From a virus (Duplodnaviria; Caudoviricetes): a stretch of DNA of 51,466 nucleotides. Every line of letters begins with the position of its first letter. Within the stretch, counting starts at the first letter, position 1. Where the stretch lies: positions 1 to 51,466 of the IMG/VR virus record IMGVR_UViG_3300033998_000199; one strand, given 5' to 3'. Made by a program: the position numbers and the translations under genes. The notes under the pieces were generated by a model. It saw only the letters and a list, made by a program, of their open reading frames with translations. It had not been told where the DNA came from and did no database searches. This document shows, piece by piece, positions 9,901 through 18,857 of the stretch.

Positions 9901-11220
9901 ATGGCTAAGTTCCTGTTTGTCAGTTGCCTTGGCGAAAGCGTGGGCTTGGCTATTCGGCTCAAGGCAGAGGGCCACGAAGTGCTTTACTACATCCACAGCA
10001 ACGAAGAAAAAGACTGTGGCGATGGCTTCTTGGACAAAGTGGACGATTGGCGCAAGTATGTTGAAGAAGCCGATGTGGTCTTCTTCGATGATGTCGATCA
10101 GAAGCAAGAAGGTGATAGTGTCTACAAGTCAAGTGCTTGGTCGCTCGAGGTACGGGAAAAGTATCCTGAAAAGCTGGTGATCGGAGGCGGACACCCAGAC
10201 GTAGGTAAGCTGGAAAACGACCGCATGTTTGCCCAGTCCATCATGGAACAGTACGGTATTCCTACTGTTCCGATGGAAAGATTCACCTCCTTTGCAGATG
10301 CACGCAAATTTGTTGAAGAGAATGGGGGTGCTTGGGCACTCAAACACAACAGCCAAGTTGACCGTGACCTAGCGCACGTTGCCAAAGACCCTGAAGACAT
10401 GATTGAATTCCTTAACTGGTTGGAAACCAACTGGAATGACCTCGGTAACGGCCAGCCAGTTGACTTCGTGCTCCAACAGGCAGTCGATGGCATTGAGTTT
10501 GCCGTCACTGCCTTTTTTGACGGTAGTCGGTTTAGAGATGAAGCGTGCTACCTCAACCAGGAAGAGAAGAAACTTCTCAACCACGGCAACGGCCCTTCGA
10601 CCGGGCAAACTGGCGAAATTGGGCTTATCGTGCCGAACGCGAGGCTGTTCAGAGAAACGCTGGCCAAGATTGAACCGTTCCTCCTTGACAAGGAGTATAT
10701 CGGTTGGGCAGACATCAATTGTATTATAACCGGCCCGGATCAGGTAGTGCCACTAGAATTTACCATCGGCCGTCCTGGTTATCCGACGCTTTACTCCTGG
10801 TGTGAGTGTCTGGCAGAGCCGGTAGGTAACTGGCTCATCCGTATGGCCCAGCAGGACATAGCTCCCATCCAAACGCGGCAGGGGTTCAACTGCACCGTTG
10901 TGCTGGCAACCGGGACTTTCCCCGAGCAACACCCAAAACGTAACCGCCTGGCCGTAGTACGCGGACTGGAGAAAGTCGGGCTACGCCACGTCTGGCTGGG
11001 CGAAGTGCGTTGGGAAAACGGGCGTGTCTACGGTGCTGGTGACGTGGGCTACTTGGCAGTAGTAACTGGGATGGGCAGGACTATCCCCGAGGCTGCCGTG
11101 CGCGTCTACGACATTCTCGATGATATAGACGTTATTCCGTACAAGAAGATTCGTACGGATATTGGTGTCAGGGCCGTTCAGGAGTTTCCCGTACTCAAAG
11201 ACTGGGGGTGGCTTATGTGA
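9901..11220 (+). CDS. PurD-like ATP-grasp ligase (divergent)
   Basis: LENDRMFAQSIMEQYGIPT, KKLLNHGNGPSTGQTG, LEFTIGRPGYP and C-terminal RTDIG match PurD motifs; the N-terminal GSGGREHA motif is missing. Confidence 0.8.
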   Translation: MAKFLFVSCLGESVGLAIRLKAEGHEVLYYIHSNEEKDCGDGFLDKVDDWRKYVEEADVVFFDDVDQKQEGDSVYKSSAWSLEVREKYPEKLVIGGGHPDVGKLENDRMFAQSIMEQYGIPTVPMERFTSFADARKFVEENGGAWALKHNSQVDRDLAHVAKDPEDMIEFLNWLETNWNDLGNGQPVDFVLQQAVDGIEFAVTAFFDGSRFRDEACYLNQEEKKLLNHGNGPSTGQTGEIGLIVPNARLFRETLAKIEPFLLDKEYIGWADINCIITGPDQVVPLEFTIGRPGYPTLYSWCECLAEPVGNWLIRMAQQDIAPIQTRQGFNCTVVLATGTFPEQHPKRNRLAVVRGLEKVGLRHVWLGEVRWENGRVYGAGDVGYLAVVTGMGRTIPEAAVRVYDILDDIDVIPYKKIRTDIGVRAVQEFPVLKDWGWLM

Positions 11221-12227
11221 CGTTCTTTGACTGGCGGGCAGAGCTAGATGCTATAGACGACGCCGCAAACAAGCATGGCAGGGCGTTTGGCTTTGTCCCA
11301 TCGCCTCCTGACCCAAGAGACTACCAGTACCGCTACTTCGCTGCCGTGACTCCTTTACCGAGCAGGGTTGTTTACGACATGCCTCCCGTGCGCGATCAAG
11401 GGCAGTTTGGTACGTGCGTCGGCTTCGCGTCTTGGGCGGTGAAAGAGTCTCAGGAGAAAGGCAAATGCCCACCGCTGTCCCCGCGTTTCATCTATGCCAT
11501 GTGCAAGCAATTGGACGGTCTTGGCGGCGCTGGCACCTACCCGCGCGTAGCGATGCAAGTTTTGCAGACCTACGGCACATGCCCGGAAGAAGACTTCCCG
11601 TATAGCGAACTCAAGGACGATATGGCTCCTGCACCGCCGCTTGATTATGAAAAGCGCCTCGCTGAACCGTGGAAAATAAAGGTCTACGCCCAAGTGAATG
11701 GAATCCAAGAACTCAAGAGGGCTTTGTACGAACAAGGCCCTCTTCTTGTTGGGCTGTATATCACCGAAAGCTTTCTAGACGCCAAAAAGACTATACCACT
11801 ACCAAGAGGCAATTTCCTTGGCGGACATGCAGTTTGTATTTGCGGCTACGACGATGCCTACTATGGTGACGGTTTGCGCGGTGCCTTCCTAATCATGAAC
11901 TCCTGGGGCACTTCTTGGGGAGACAATGGCTTCTCCTGGCTACCTTACAGCCGTGTAGATGCAAAAGTAGCTAACAGCCTTCCATTCTTGCGGGAAGCGT
12001 GGGCCAGCGTGGATGCCGAATTCGTGCCAAAGCAAGCCAAGCGAATCATCCTCAAGCCGAGTAACCCGACGGCTTGCGTGGATGGCGCATATGTCCAACT
12101 GGACGTGCCGCCGATTATCCAGTCTGGTCGCACGCTAGTTCCAATCCGCTTCGTAACAGAAAACATGGGCTATATCGTGACTTGGAACAAAGAGACACAA
12201 GCAATTGAACTCAGGAGGCCGTGGTAA
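11208..12227 (+). CDS. Papain-like (C1A) cysteine peptidase with C-terminal copper amine oxidase N-terminal-like domain
   Basis: DQGQFGTCVGFA (Q/C), GGHAV (H), NSWGTSWGDNG (N); C-terminal DVPPIIQSGRTLVPIRFVTENMGYIVTW. Confidence 0.9.
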   Translation: MAYVTFFDWRAELDAIDDAANKHGRAFGFVPSPPDPRDYQYRYFAAVTPLPSRVVYDMPPVRDQGQFGTCVGFASWAVKESQEKGKCPPLSPRFIYAMCKQLDGLGGAGTYPRVAMQVLQTYGTCPEEDFPYSELKDDMAPAPPLDYEKRLAEPWKIKVYAQVNGIQELKRALYEQGPLLVGLYITESFLDAKKTIPLPRGNFLGGHAVCICGYDDAYYGDGLRGAFLIMNSWGTSWGDNGFSWLPYSRVDAKVANSLPFLREAWASVDAEFVPKQAKRIILKPSNPTACVDGAYVQLDVPPIIQSGRTLVPIRFVTENMGYIVTWNKETQAIELRRPW

Positions 12228-12988
12228 CAATGCCGAGAGTGTGTCTAGACCCGGGACATGGTGGCTCCGATCCAGGAGCCACCGGGCCAACCGGCCTGAA
12301 AGAGAAAGATGTGGTTTTGGAAGTAGCGCAGTTGGTCACAAAGCACCTCAAGCGGCATAAGGTCGAAGTCGTGCTTACGCGCGATGCAGACGTAGACGTA
12401 AGTCTCACTCGCAGGGCGGCCATCAGCAACTCCTACGAGGCAGACGCTTTAGTGAGCATCCACTGCAACGCTTCCGACAACCGCCAGGCTTACGGCACAG
12501 AAGTCTGGACTACACGAGGACAAACCAGAGGAGACATCTTGGCAACTGAAATCGCTACGGCGTTTATGAAAGACATCCCGAAACTCACATTCAGGGCCGA
12601 CTGGTCTGACAAGGACATCGACAAGGAAGCCAACTTTGCAGTGCTGGTATACACTAAGGCTCCTGCGACTTTGGTAGAGTTAGCATTTATTACTAACCCA
12701 AACGAAGAAAAGCTCCTAGCTTCAGCGGCCTTTCGAGAACAATGTGCAATTGCTATTGCCAAAGGTACTCTTGCCTTTCTCGGTATCCCCTGGCAGGAAC
12801 CAAAGGAGGATGGTAAGGCGATGTTCAAAGACATCGAAGGGCACTGGGCTAAAGCGGAAATTGAAGCTGTAGCAGCCAAAGGACTGCTCACTGGCTATCC
12901 AGACGGCAACTTTCACCCAGACGAGCCTGTGACACGCGCACAACTAGCGGTGGTTGTGGCCCGGCTACTTCGCTACTTGGATAAGTAG
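12221..12988 (+). CDS. Endolysin: N-acetylmuramoyl-L-alanine amidase (Amidase_3) with SLH domain
   Basis: LDPGHGG.DPGA, EK, SIHCNA, LVELAFITN; C-terminal FKDIEGHWA..GYPDGNFHPDEPVTRAQ. Confidence 0.93.
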   Translation: MVTMPRVCLDPGHGGSDPGATGPTGLKEKDVVLEVAQLVTKHLKRHKVEVVLTRDADVDVSLTRRAAISNSYEADALVSIHCNASDNRQAYGTEVWTTRGQTRGDILATEIATAFMKDIPKLTFRADWSDKDIDKEANFAVLVYTKAPATLVELAFITNPNEEKLLASAAFREQCAIAIAKGTLAFLGIPWQEPKEDGKAMFKDIEGHWAKAEIEAVAAKGLLTGYPDGNFHPDEPVTRAQLAVVVARLLRYLDK

Positions 12989-12994
12989 GAGGTA

Positions 12995-13393
12995 ATGACA
13001 ATGCTTGGAACGTTGCTCATCATGGACGCTTACAAATGCCGAAATCTCCCGGCTGATGTGCAGAGCCTTCTCCGGCAGTCTTTGGAGGCCATAAAGACCG
13101 CCGGGATGCGCCCCGTGAACACCGTTGCCCAGAACTTCCCCAAAGAAGTGTGGGGTCATAACCACGGAGACAGCGTCCTGACGCTTATCGTCCCTCTGGA
13201 GGAAAGCCACCTGGCTATTCACACATGGCCCGAAGAGAAATTCGTCGCCGTTGACCTGTTCACCTGCGGCAACTTTGAGAAAGCGCTTCGGGCTATTTAC
13301 AAGCTGAAAGAAGAGCTTCAACCGGAAACGGCAGACATCAACTGCTACTACCGAGGCGGCGGGATCAAGGAAAGGAGGGTCAGGAATGAGTGA
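12995..13393 (+). CDS. speD: S-adenosylmethionine decarboxylase proenzyme-like (pyruvoyl-dependent)
   Basis: LEESHLAIHTWPE..VAVDLFTCG signature including the E/SH autocleavage site. Confidence 0.88.
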   Translation: MTMLGTLLIMDAYKCRNLPADVQSLLRQSLEAIKTAGMRPVNTVAQNFPKEVWGHNHGDSVLTLIVPLEESHLAIHTWPEEKFVAVDLFTCGNFEKALRAIYKLKEELQPETADINCYYRGGGIKERRVRNE

Positions 13394-13799
13394 GTTCAAC
13401 GCAAAGGCGTTCATCGCGGCCCTCGGTGGTGTGATTATCTACTATTTAGGTGGATGGGATGTGGCCTTTCGTGCTCTCTTAGTATTCATGGTGCTTGACT
13501 ATGTAACAGGTGTTTCAAATGCGTGGTATCAAAGGAAGCTTAACAGCTACACGGGAGCGCGGGGTATTGCCAAGAAGGTCGGCTTGTTGATTCTCGTAGC
13601 AGTAGCAACCCAAATTGACATGGTCACAGGCGGCAGCAGTGCCGTAAGGAGCATCACCATCATGTTCTTGGCGGCAAATGAAGCTTTGTCCATCCTGGAA
13701 AACCTTGCTCAAATGGACGTGCCGATCCCAAACGCAATCCGCCAAGCGTTGGAGGCGTGGAAGGCTAAGGACGCACAAAACAAGGACGGGGGCCAATAA
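13386..13799 (+). CDS. Holin (Phage_holin_4-type)
   Basis: LGGWD..LLVFMVLDYVTG..GIAKK..NEALSILENL. Confidence 0.88.
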   Translation: MSEFNAKAFIAALGGVIIYYLGGWDVAFRALLVFMVLDYVTGVSNAWYQRKLNSYTGARGIAKKVGLLILVAVATQIDMVTGGSSAVRSITIMFLAANEALSILENLAQMDVPIPNAIRQALEAWKAKDAQNKDGGQ

Positions 13800-13830
13800 C
13801 CCTCGCCCTTTTCTTTTGTGGAGGTGAACT

Positions 13831-14595
13831 ATGCTATACCACGCTGTGGCTCTGCCCCAAGACATTGAAGCTGCGTACATTGTGCCTTTGGCCGATCTCC
13901 ATATAGGTGACCCTCTGTTTGACGAGCAACGGTGCCAGCGCCTAGTCAGATGGATCGCCGAGACGCCCAACGCCTGGGCCGTTCTTGTAGGCGATGTGAT
14001 GAATACTGCCACCAAAACGTCGAAGTCAGACATATACCAAGAAGTAATGAACCCGCACGAACAACTACGCTACGCTAAGAAGCTCCTCGCGCCAATTAAG
14101 GACAAGATCATCGCAGCGGTAGAGGGAAACCACGAACTGCGTATCGCACGTGAGGATGGCATTAACACGACCGAACTCTTAGCAGATACGTTGGGAGTGT
14201 TCTATTCTCCGCTTTCCACCCTGATGAAAATCACACTTGGAAGATGCCCGAAAAACGGCAAACGCCTGTGCTACACGATGTACGTCACGCACGGCTCGGG
14301 AAGCAGCCGCACTTCCGGTGGGAAGGTCAACGCGCTCAGGCGGCTCAGGGACATTGTTCTGGCCGATGTTTATGTCATGGGGCACATCCATTGGATGGCA
14401 ACCTTCCTTGAGACATACTACGTTCCCGATGTTCGGAACAACAAGATAGAAGAAGTCAGGCTGACATTCGTCTCCACAGGCAGCTTCCTCAAGTGGGGCG
14501 GATACGCGGAAGAGAAGTCCCTACCGCCCGCTAAGCTGGGTGCCCCGCGCATCCGCTTGGATGGAACCCGGAAGGACGTGCGTGTCAGCTTATGA
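13831..14595 (+). CDS. Calcineurin-like metallophosphoesterase
   Basis: DLHIG, GD, GNHE, HG and GHIH motifs. Confidence 0.88.
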   Translation: MLYHAVALPQDIEAAYIVPLADLHIGDPLFDEQRCQRLVRWIAETPNAWAVLVGDVMNTATKTSKSDIYQEVMNPHEQLRYAKKLLAPIKDKIIAAVEGNHELRIAREDGINTTELLADTLGVFYSPLSTLMKITLGRCPKNGKRLCYTMYVTHGSGSSRTSGGKVNALRRLRDIVLADVYVMGHIHWMATFLETYYVPDVRNNKIEEVRLTFVSTGSFLKWGGYAEEKSLPPAKLGAPRIRLDGTRKDVRVSL

Positions 14596-14768
14596 GAGAA
14601 CGAGCCTTTACCTGCGGGCGCGTGTTTGCCAAGACGCCGACAGAAGCCAAGGCAAAAGTATACGAGCAGGTACGTGCAAATGGCTTCACACCGCTTGACT
14701 GCTTTGGAGTTTATGAAACAGGTGTATGTGGCTGGTATGAATACTACATCGAAATAGAGGATATGTAA
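14592..14768 (+). CDS. Hypothetical 58 aa protein (not in ORF track)
   Basis: ATGA overlap with the upstream stop; ends just before the terminator. Confidence 0.55.
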   Translation: MRERAFTCGRVFAKTPTEAKAKVYEQVRANGFTPLDCFGVYETGVCGWYEYYIEIEDM

Positions 14769-14769
14769 C

Positions 14770-14803
14770 GCCCTTGGGAATCGTCCCAAGGGCTTTTATT
14801 TTT
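14770..14803 (+). terminator. Intrinsic terminator ending the late operon, between convergent operons
   Basis: GCCCTTGGGA-ATCG-TCCCAAGGGC followed by TTTTATTTTT. Confidence 0.85.
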
Positions 14804-17132
14804 AGGCCGCATTGGAAGCAATGATTTCCTCCAACGGCTTCAGTTCTCCCCAAGAAGGGCCGATTTTCACCTCTGCCGCAAACGGTACACTACCGTCCAG
14901 CACAGGTGCCGACATGATACCCTCCAACCAGCGAGCGACCTCTATAGGATCTTCCTTTGTTTCCAAGAGGATAGAGTCATGCACGGTAAGCAGGAGGCGC
15001 GTATTTGGGTTGTTTTCCAGGGCTTTTCCGGCGCGGATCAGTGCACTTAAAGTTACGTCGCTGGCCAAACTCTGGATCGGAGCATTAACAGCCTGGCGCA
15101 ACACTTCATTGCGGTTTTCGTCACTGATATAACCGAACCTGCGCGTGCGACCAAACGGTGTTGAGACTTTTCCCGTTCGGAGCACTTCGCGCTTGGTTTC
15201 TTCAATCCATTCCCTGGCCTGCGGGAAGGCGGCAAAATACGCTTCGATTAGTTCAGCCGCTTCAGCTTCCGTGATTTCCAGTTCTTGCGCCAAAGCGTTA
15301 GCAGACATCTGATATATAACCCCAAAGGTCAAACGCTTCGCCTTTTGTCGCATCTCCTTCGTTACTTCTTCCGGCTTTACCTTAAACATCAGGCAGGCCG
15401 TCCGCACGTGCATATCGCCACCAGCTAGAATTGCGTCGATTAGGTTTTTGTCCTTGGAATAGTACGCCAGACCGCGCACCTCAGCCTGGGACAAGTCGCC
15501 TTCTACCAAGGTGTAGCCTGGAGTAGCAATGAAGATGCGGCGGATGTCGCTTTCGCGAGGGATATTTTGCAAGTTGACCGGATCACTGCTGGAAAGACGG
15601 CCCGTAACAGTCCCATGTAGATTAAACGTCGTGTGTACCCGCCCATTTTCGTCAATCGCCTCTAGGAGGGCTTTGATGTAGGTAGAGTGTATCTTCTTCT
15701 TGGCCCGGTAGTCGAGCAGGAATCCCACCACGGGGTGGTACTCGCGGATGGCTTCCAAGGCGTCGCTGTCTGTGGAAAGCCTGCCCGGGACAGGCAGGTT
15801 CAGTTCGCGGTACAGCACGTCTAGAAGCTGCTTGTAGGAGTTTGGGTTAAACGGGTGCCCGACAGCCTCCTGTAGCTTCTTGAGCAAGTCGTCGATTGCA
15901 GCTGCGTATTCGGAATCCATGCGGGTGAGCAAAGCCTTGTCCACCAGCACTCCCAGAGACTCCATGCGGGCCAACACGTCACTCGCCGGGTAAAGGAGGT
16001 TGTTTAGCACGGCGTGGTTCTCTGGAGTGAGCATCCCTTGAAAGAGGCGGTGCAGCTGGTACGTGTAGCTTGCGTCTTTGGCATTGTATTTGTATAAGAT
16101 GTCCTTTGGGCAGTTTTCAAAGCCCTTCTTGTGGAAGGGTTTCAGTTCGGCGTCGTATTCCGGCATGTTGAGGTAGTCCTTGGCTAGCTGCTTTAGGCCG
16201 TGAGTGCCGGGGGTTTCGTCCATGACATAGTGTTCCAGCATGGTATCCGCACCCGTGCGGGCGGCGGTCAGGCCGTTGCGCCATAGCACCTGAAGGTCGT
16301 ACTTCAGGTTATGGCCGATGATCTTGATATTTCCCAAGACTTTGTTCAGGGCCTCGCGGGCGTCTGCCCTTTCGAGGGCTTCCTTAGTCACCACGACTGC
16401 CGTCCCCGGCTTCCAGGAAAAGCCAATGCAGAGGAGTTCTCCTGTGCTGGCTACTTCAACGTCCAGGGCTACTTCGGGCAACTGGCGCAGGCGTTCTACA
16501 AGTTCAAACACGCCGTCGGCGTCCTGAAGGACAACGGTCTGGACATCACCGCTTTCCTGTCGGACCGGCTCTAGCTTGCCTTGAAGTAATAAAGCAACTT
16601 TTTCTAGGTCGGTTTTCAGTTCTTGGTAAAGCCTCGGTGAGCGCAAAACTGCGGCCGGGTGGTAAGCCGGGACGACTACAGCGCCAAGCTCTTCCGACCA
16701 CACAGGAGCGCCGTGCCAGTCCTTGATCCCGCTCCGGCCAATCAGGGCTTTCATAGCCACATTACCAAGGGCAACGATCACCTTGGGCTTGCGCGAAAGA
16801 ATCTCCTGCTTGAGCCTCGGCAGGCAAGATGCTATTTCCTTTGGCTTTGGCGTCCTGATGGGTTCGGGAGCGCAGGAGCAAGTGTTGGTGAGGTAGCAGT
16901 TGTCCCGTTCAATGCCGACTTCTTTTAGCACTGTGTTCAGAAGTTGCCCGGCCCGGCCTACAAAAGGCATACCCTTCCTGGCCTCTGTAGGCCCTGGAGC
17001 TTCCCCAACCAGCACGATGTCGGCCTGCTCCGGCCCGAAACCTTCCACGTAAACAAAATCACGAAGGGAGCACTTGTTACAAAGTGCCCCCGGCGGATTT
17101 GCGTCCTTTCCCCTCAGCAGCACCGAACACAC
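14802..17132 (-). CDS. Family A DNA polymerase with N-terminal family-4 uracil-DNA glycosylase domain and 3'-5' exonuclease
   Basis: CxxC..VGEAPG..E..G.PFVGRAG..YHPAAVLR (UDG4); ALDVE, GHNLKYD, YNAKD (exonuclease); TGRLSS, DLSQAEVR, RQKAKRLTFGVIY, TVHDS (PolA). Confidence 0.95.
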   Translation of the reverse strand: MCSVLLRGKDANPPGALCNKCSLRDFVYVEGFGPEQADIVLVGEAPGPTEARKGMPFVGRAGQLLNTVLKEVGIERDNCYLTNTCSCAPEPIRTPKPKEIASCLPRLKQEILSRKPKVIVALGNVAMKALIGRSGIKDWHGAPVWSEELGAVVVPAYHPAAVLRSPRLYQELKTDLEKVALLLQGKLEPVRQESGDVQTVVLQDADGVFELVERLRQLPEVALDVEVASTGELLCIGFSWKPGTAVVVTKEALERADAREALNKVLGNIKIIGHNLKYDLQVLWRNGLTAARTGADTMLEHYVMDETPGTHGLKQLAKDYLNMPEYDAELKPFHKKGFENCPKDILYKYNAKDASYTYQLHRLFQGMLTPENHAVLNNLLYPASDVLARMESLGVLVDKALLTRMDSEYAAAIDDLLKKLQEAVGHPFNPNSYKQLLDVLYRELNLPVPGRLSTDSDALEAIREYHPVVGFLLDYRAKKKIHSTYIKALLEAIDENGRVHTTFNLHGTVTGRLSSSDPVNLQNIPRESDIRRIFIATPGYTLVEGDLSQAEVRGLAYYSKDKNLIDAILAGGDMHVRTACLMFKVKPEEVTKEMRQKAKRLTFGVIYQMSANALAQELEITEAEAAELIEAYFAAFPQAREWIEETKREVLRTGKVSTPFGRTRRFGYISDENRNEVLRQAVNAPIQSLASDVTLSALIRAGKALENNPNTRLLLTVHDSILLETKEDPIEVARWLEGIMSAPVLDGSVPFAAEVKIGPSWGELKPLEEIIASNAA

Positions 17133-17568
17133 CTCTTTCTCTCAGCGTCCTGGCATATTCGTGCGGGTGTTCTTTCATGTAGTACCAGATAGCGTGTCTG
17201 GCTGCATCCCGCGCGTGCGGACTGCCTACGGTACGGCACCACCCATCAAATGCCCTTAAGACGGAATTTCCCACCTGCTTCTTTATCGACGCTGGCTGCT
17301 CCACTATCGGGACGTTCTTATCGGCAGCCCACACCTTGAACATCCCGATGACCTGCGGTGCCGGAAGGCTATCCCAGGACAGGCTATTCGCCTTCCACGG
17401 ATATACGCGGAAGGATTCCATGATGATTACACTCGGAACAACGTCCAAAGCCTTTAGGTACCCAGGCACTTCGTCCATAGGCACCTGCAACGCATGACAG
17501 ACCTTCTTTTGCTTATCATCAAAAAGCACAATTCCGGTGACTTTGCCGGGGTCAACTGCCAGGAACAT
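17077..17568 (-). CDS. RuvC-like Holliday junction resolvase
   Basis: Probable start MFLAVDPGKVTG; IMESF; HARDA (RNase H-fold acidic residues). Confidence 0.7.
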   Translation of the reverse strand: MFLAVDPGKVTGIVLFDDKQKKVCHALQVPMDEVPGYLKALDVVPSVIIMESFRVYPWKANSLSWDSLPAPQVIGMFKVWAADKNVPIVEQPASIKKQVGNSVLRAFDGWCRTVGSPHARDAARHAIWYYMKEHPHEYARTLRERGVFGAAEGKGRKSAGGTL

Positions 17569-17716
17569 CCTTGCCACCGTCCTCACGTTTTTCATAATAC
17601 ACACAAGCCAAGTAAGGCCCTTGCGAATACTGTGGCTGCAAGACCACACCTTCTCGACTGCATTTACTCCCATTGCACCAAGTACATGCACTATTCAGGC
17701 AGTACAATTCACGCAA
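17552..17716 (-). CDS. Cys-rich 54 aa hypothetical protein (not in ORF track)
   Basis: TTG start after AAGGAG; MRELYCLNSACTWCNGSKCSREG...ACVYYEKR. Confidence 0.55.
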   Translation of the reverse strand: MRELYCLNSACTWCNGSKCSREGVVLQPQYSQGPYLACVYYEKREDGGKDVPGS

Positions 17717-17848
17717 AGGACTCACTCCTTTTCAAAAAGAACGGGGGCCGCGGCGCTACTACATATTGGGATACGATGAGGTGGTTCACCTCCGCGTTTT
17801 TTTTTTTTTTGGTGTTTTGTTACGCGGCCCCACAACGTTGAAACGCTC

Positions 17849-18175
17849 TTACAGACTAACTTTCCAGAGCCGAGCTTCCAGAGTGAACCTTCGGCAGGGT
17901 AGAATCGGATCGTCGTAATAGTCCCGGTGGACAGTTACAAGCACCCCATCCCGTAGTGGGTCTGTTCCATTACGCCCACGCTGCATTAGGTAGCGAATCA
18001 ATTCACTGCCGACTTCTTCCATAAGCCGCTTCCAAATTATATCTTCAGCCGCTTCCGAGTACGTTGCCTCTTCTAGGCATGTTAACACCGACGTTGAGCG
18101 GAACCACGTCTCTAGTCTGCAACAGATTTCTGGAACCCCCGGTGGTACCGGAGTCGGGTAGCGCTGCTCTAGCAC
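17849..18175 (-). CDS. Hypothetical protein
   Basis: ORF in operon orientation with GAGGAGG upstream. Confidence 0.55.
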   Translation of the reverse strand: MLEQRYPTPVPPGVPEICCRLETWFRSTSVLTCLEEATYSEAAEDIIWKRLMEEVGSELIRYLMQRGRNGTDPLRDGVLVTVHRDYYDDPILPCRRFTLEARLWKVSL

Positions 18176-18650
18176 TATAACACCCCTCCTCGTCCAACGT
18201 GGCCAAAGCCTTTTCTAGTCGCTCCATAGGGCAGTCATCCCTGTGGCATCTGGAAAAACGGTCATCTTTTGGAAAGCATTCAACAAGGTCACAGGTAGAA
18301 AGAAGTAACCGCGCCGCCTCTGCTACTGCCTCCAGCTTGGCTACCCGCTCGCGTAGTTCGTCGCGTTCCTTGAGAACACGGCAGCGCTCCTTTAGTTCCA
18401 CCGCATCTTCACTCATTAGTTCTTCCGATTCGCCATACTCCTGCAACAACCAAGCAATGTCCGCTTCTAGTTCCCGCACCCGCTGGAGCCAATAGGGAAG
18501 AGCTTCGCGAGCAAACGCAAAGAAGTCGCTTAGCTCGGCCCACGGCTTTCTGTCATCGTAAGGGTCTCTACGGAGACGATAAAACGCCCACACAGCTTCG
18601 ATCTTGTTTTCGCACAACTCCCAATCCCTCTGCCAGTCACGCTCAGGCAT
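18045..18650 (-). CDS. Hypothetical coiled-coil protein
   Basis: Start MPERDW after GGAAGGAG; overlaps the next ORF at its 3' end. Confidence 0.6.
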   Translation of the reverse strand: MPERDWQRDWELCENKIEAVWAFYRLRRDPYDDRKPWAELSDFFAFAREALPYWLQRVRELEADIAWLLQEYGESEELMSEDAVELKERCRVLKERDELRERVAKLEAVAEAARLLLSTCDLVECFPKDDRFSRCHRDDCPMERLEKALATLDEEGCYSARAALPDSGTTGGSRNLLQTRDVVPLNVGVNMPRRGNVLGSG

Positions 18651-18855
18651 CTTTGCTCTCTCCTTCCAAATAGGCCCAAGCCTCTTTAGGAGCGGAAAAG
18701 TAAACAATCATGGGGATTTGATGCTCGGCTAGGTACATAAGTGTTTTCAACCGCTCAAGGGCGTGATTGTACCCGTCTATGAAGCCACGGCGGTACGCCT
18801 CCTCCCGCCCGAGAATGTCTATTCCTAAAACCGCTTGCCGGTTATGCTCAGGCAT
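18643..18855 (-). CDS. Hypothetical protein
   Basis: GGAGG RBS; EAYRRGFIDGY motif common in small phage proteins. Confidence 0.6.
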   Translation of the reverse strand: MPEHNRQAVLGIDILGREEAYRRGFIDGYNHALERLKTLMYLAEHQIPMIVYFSAPKEAWAYLEGESKDA

Positions 18856-18857
18856 GG

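Noticed and set aside
9901-11220. PurZ / dZ-genome system
   Set aside because: The protein is PurD-like ATP-grasp, not PurA-like; no DatZ-type HD phosphohydrolase seen
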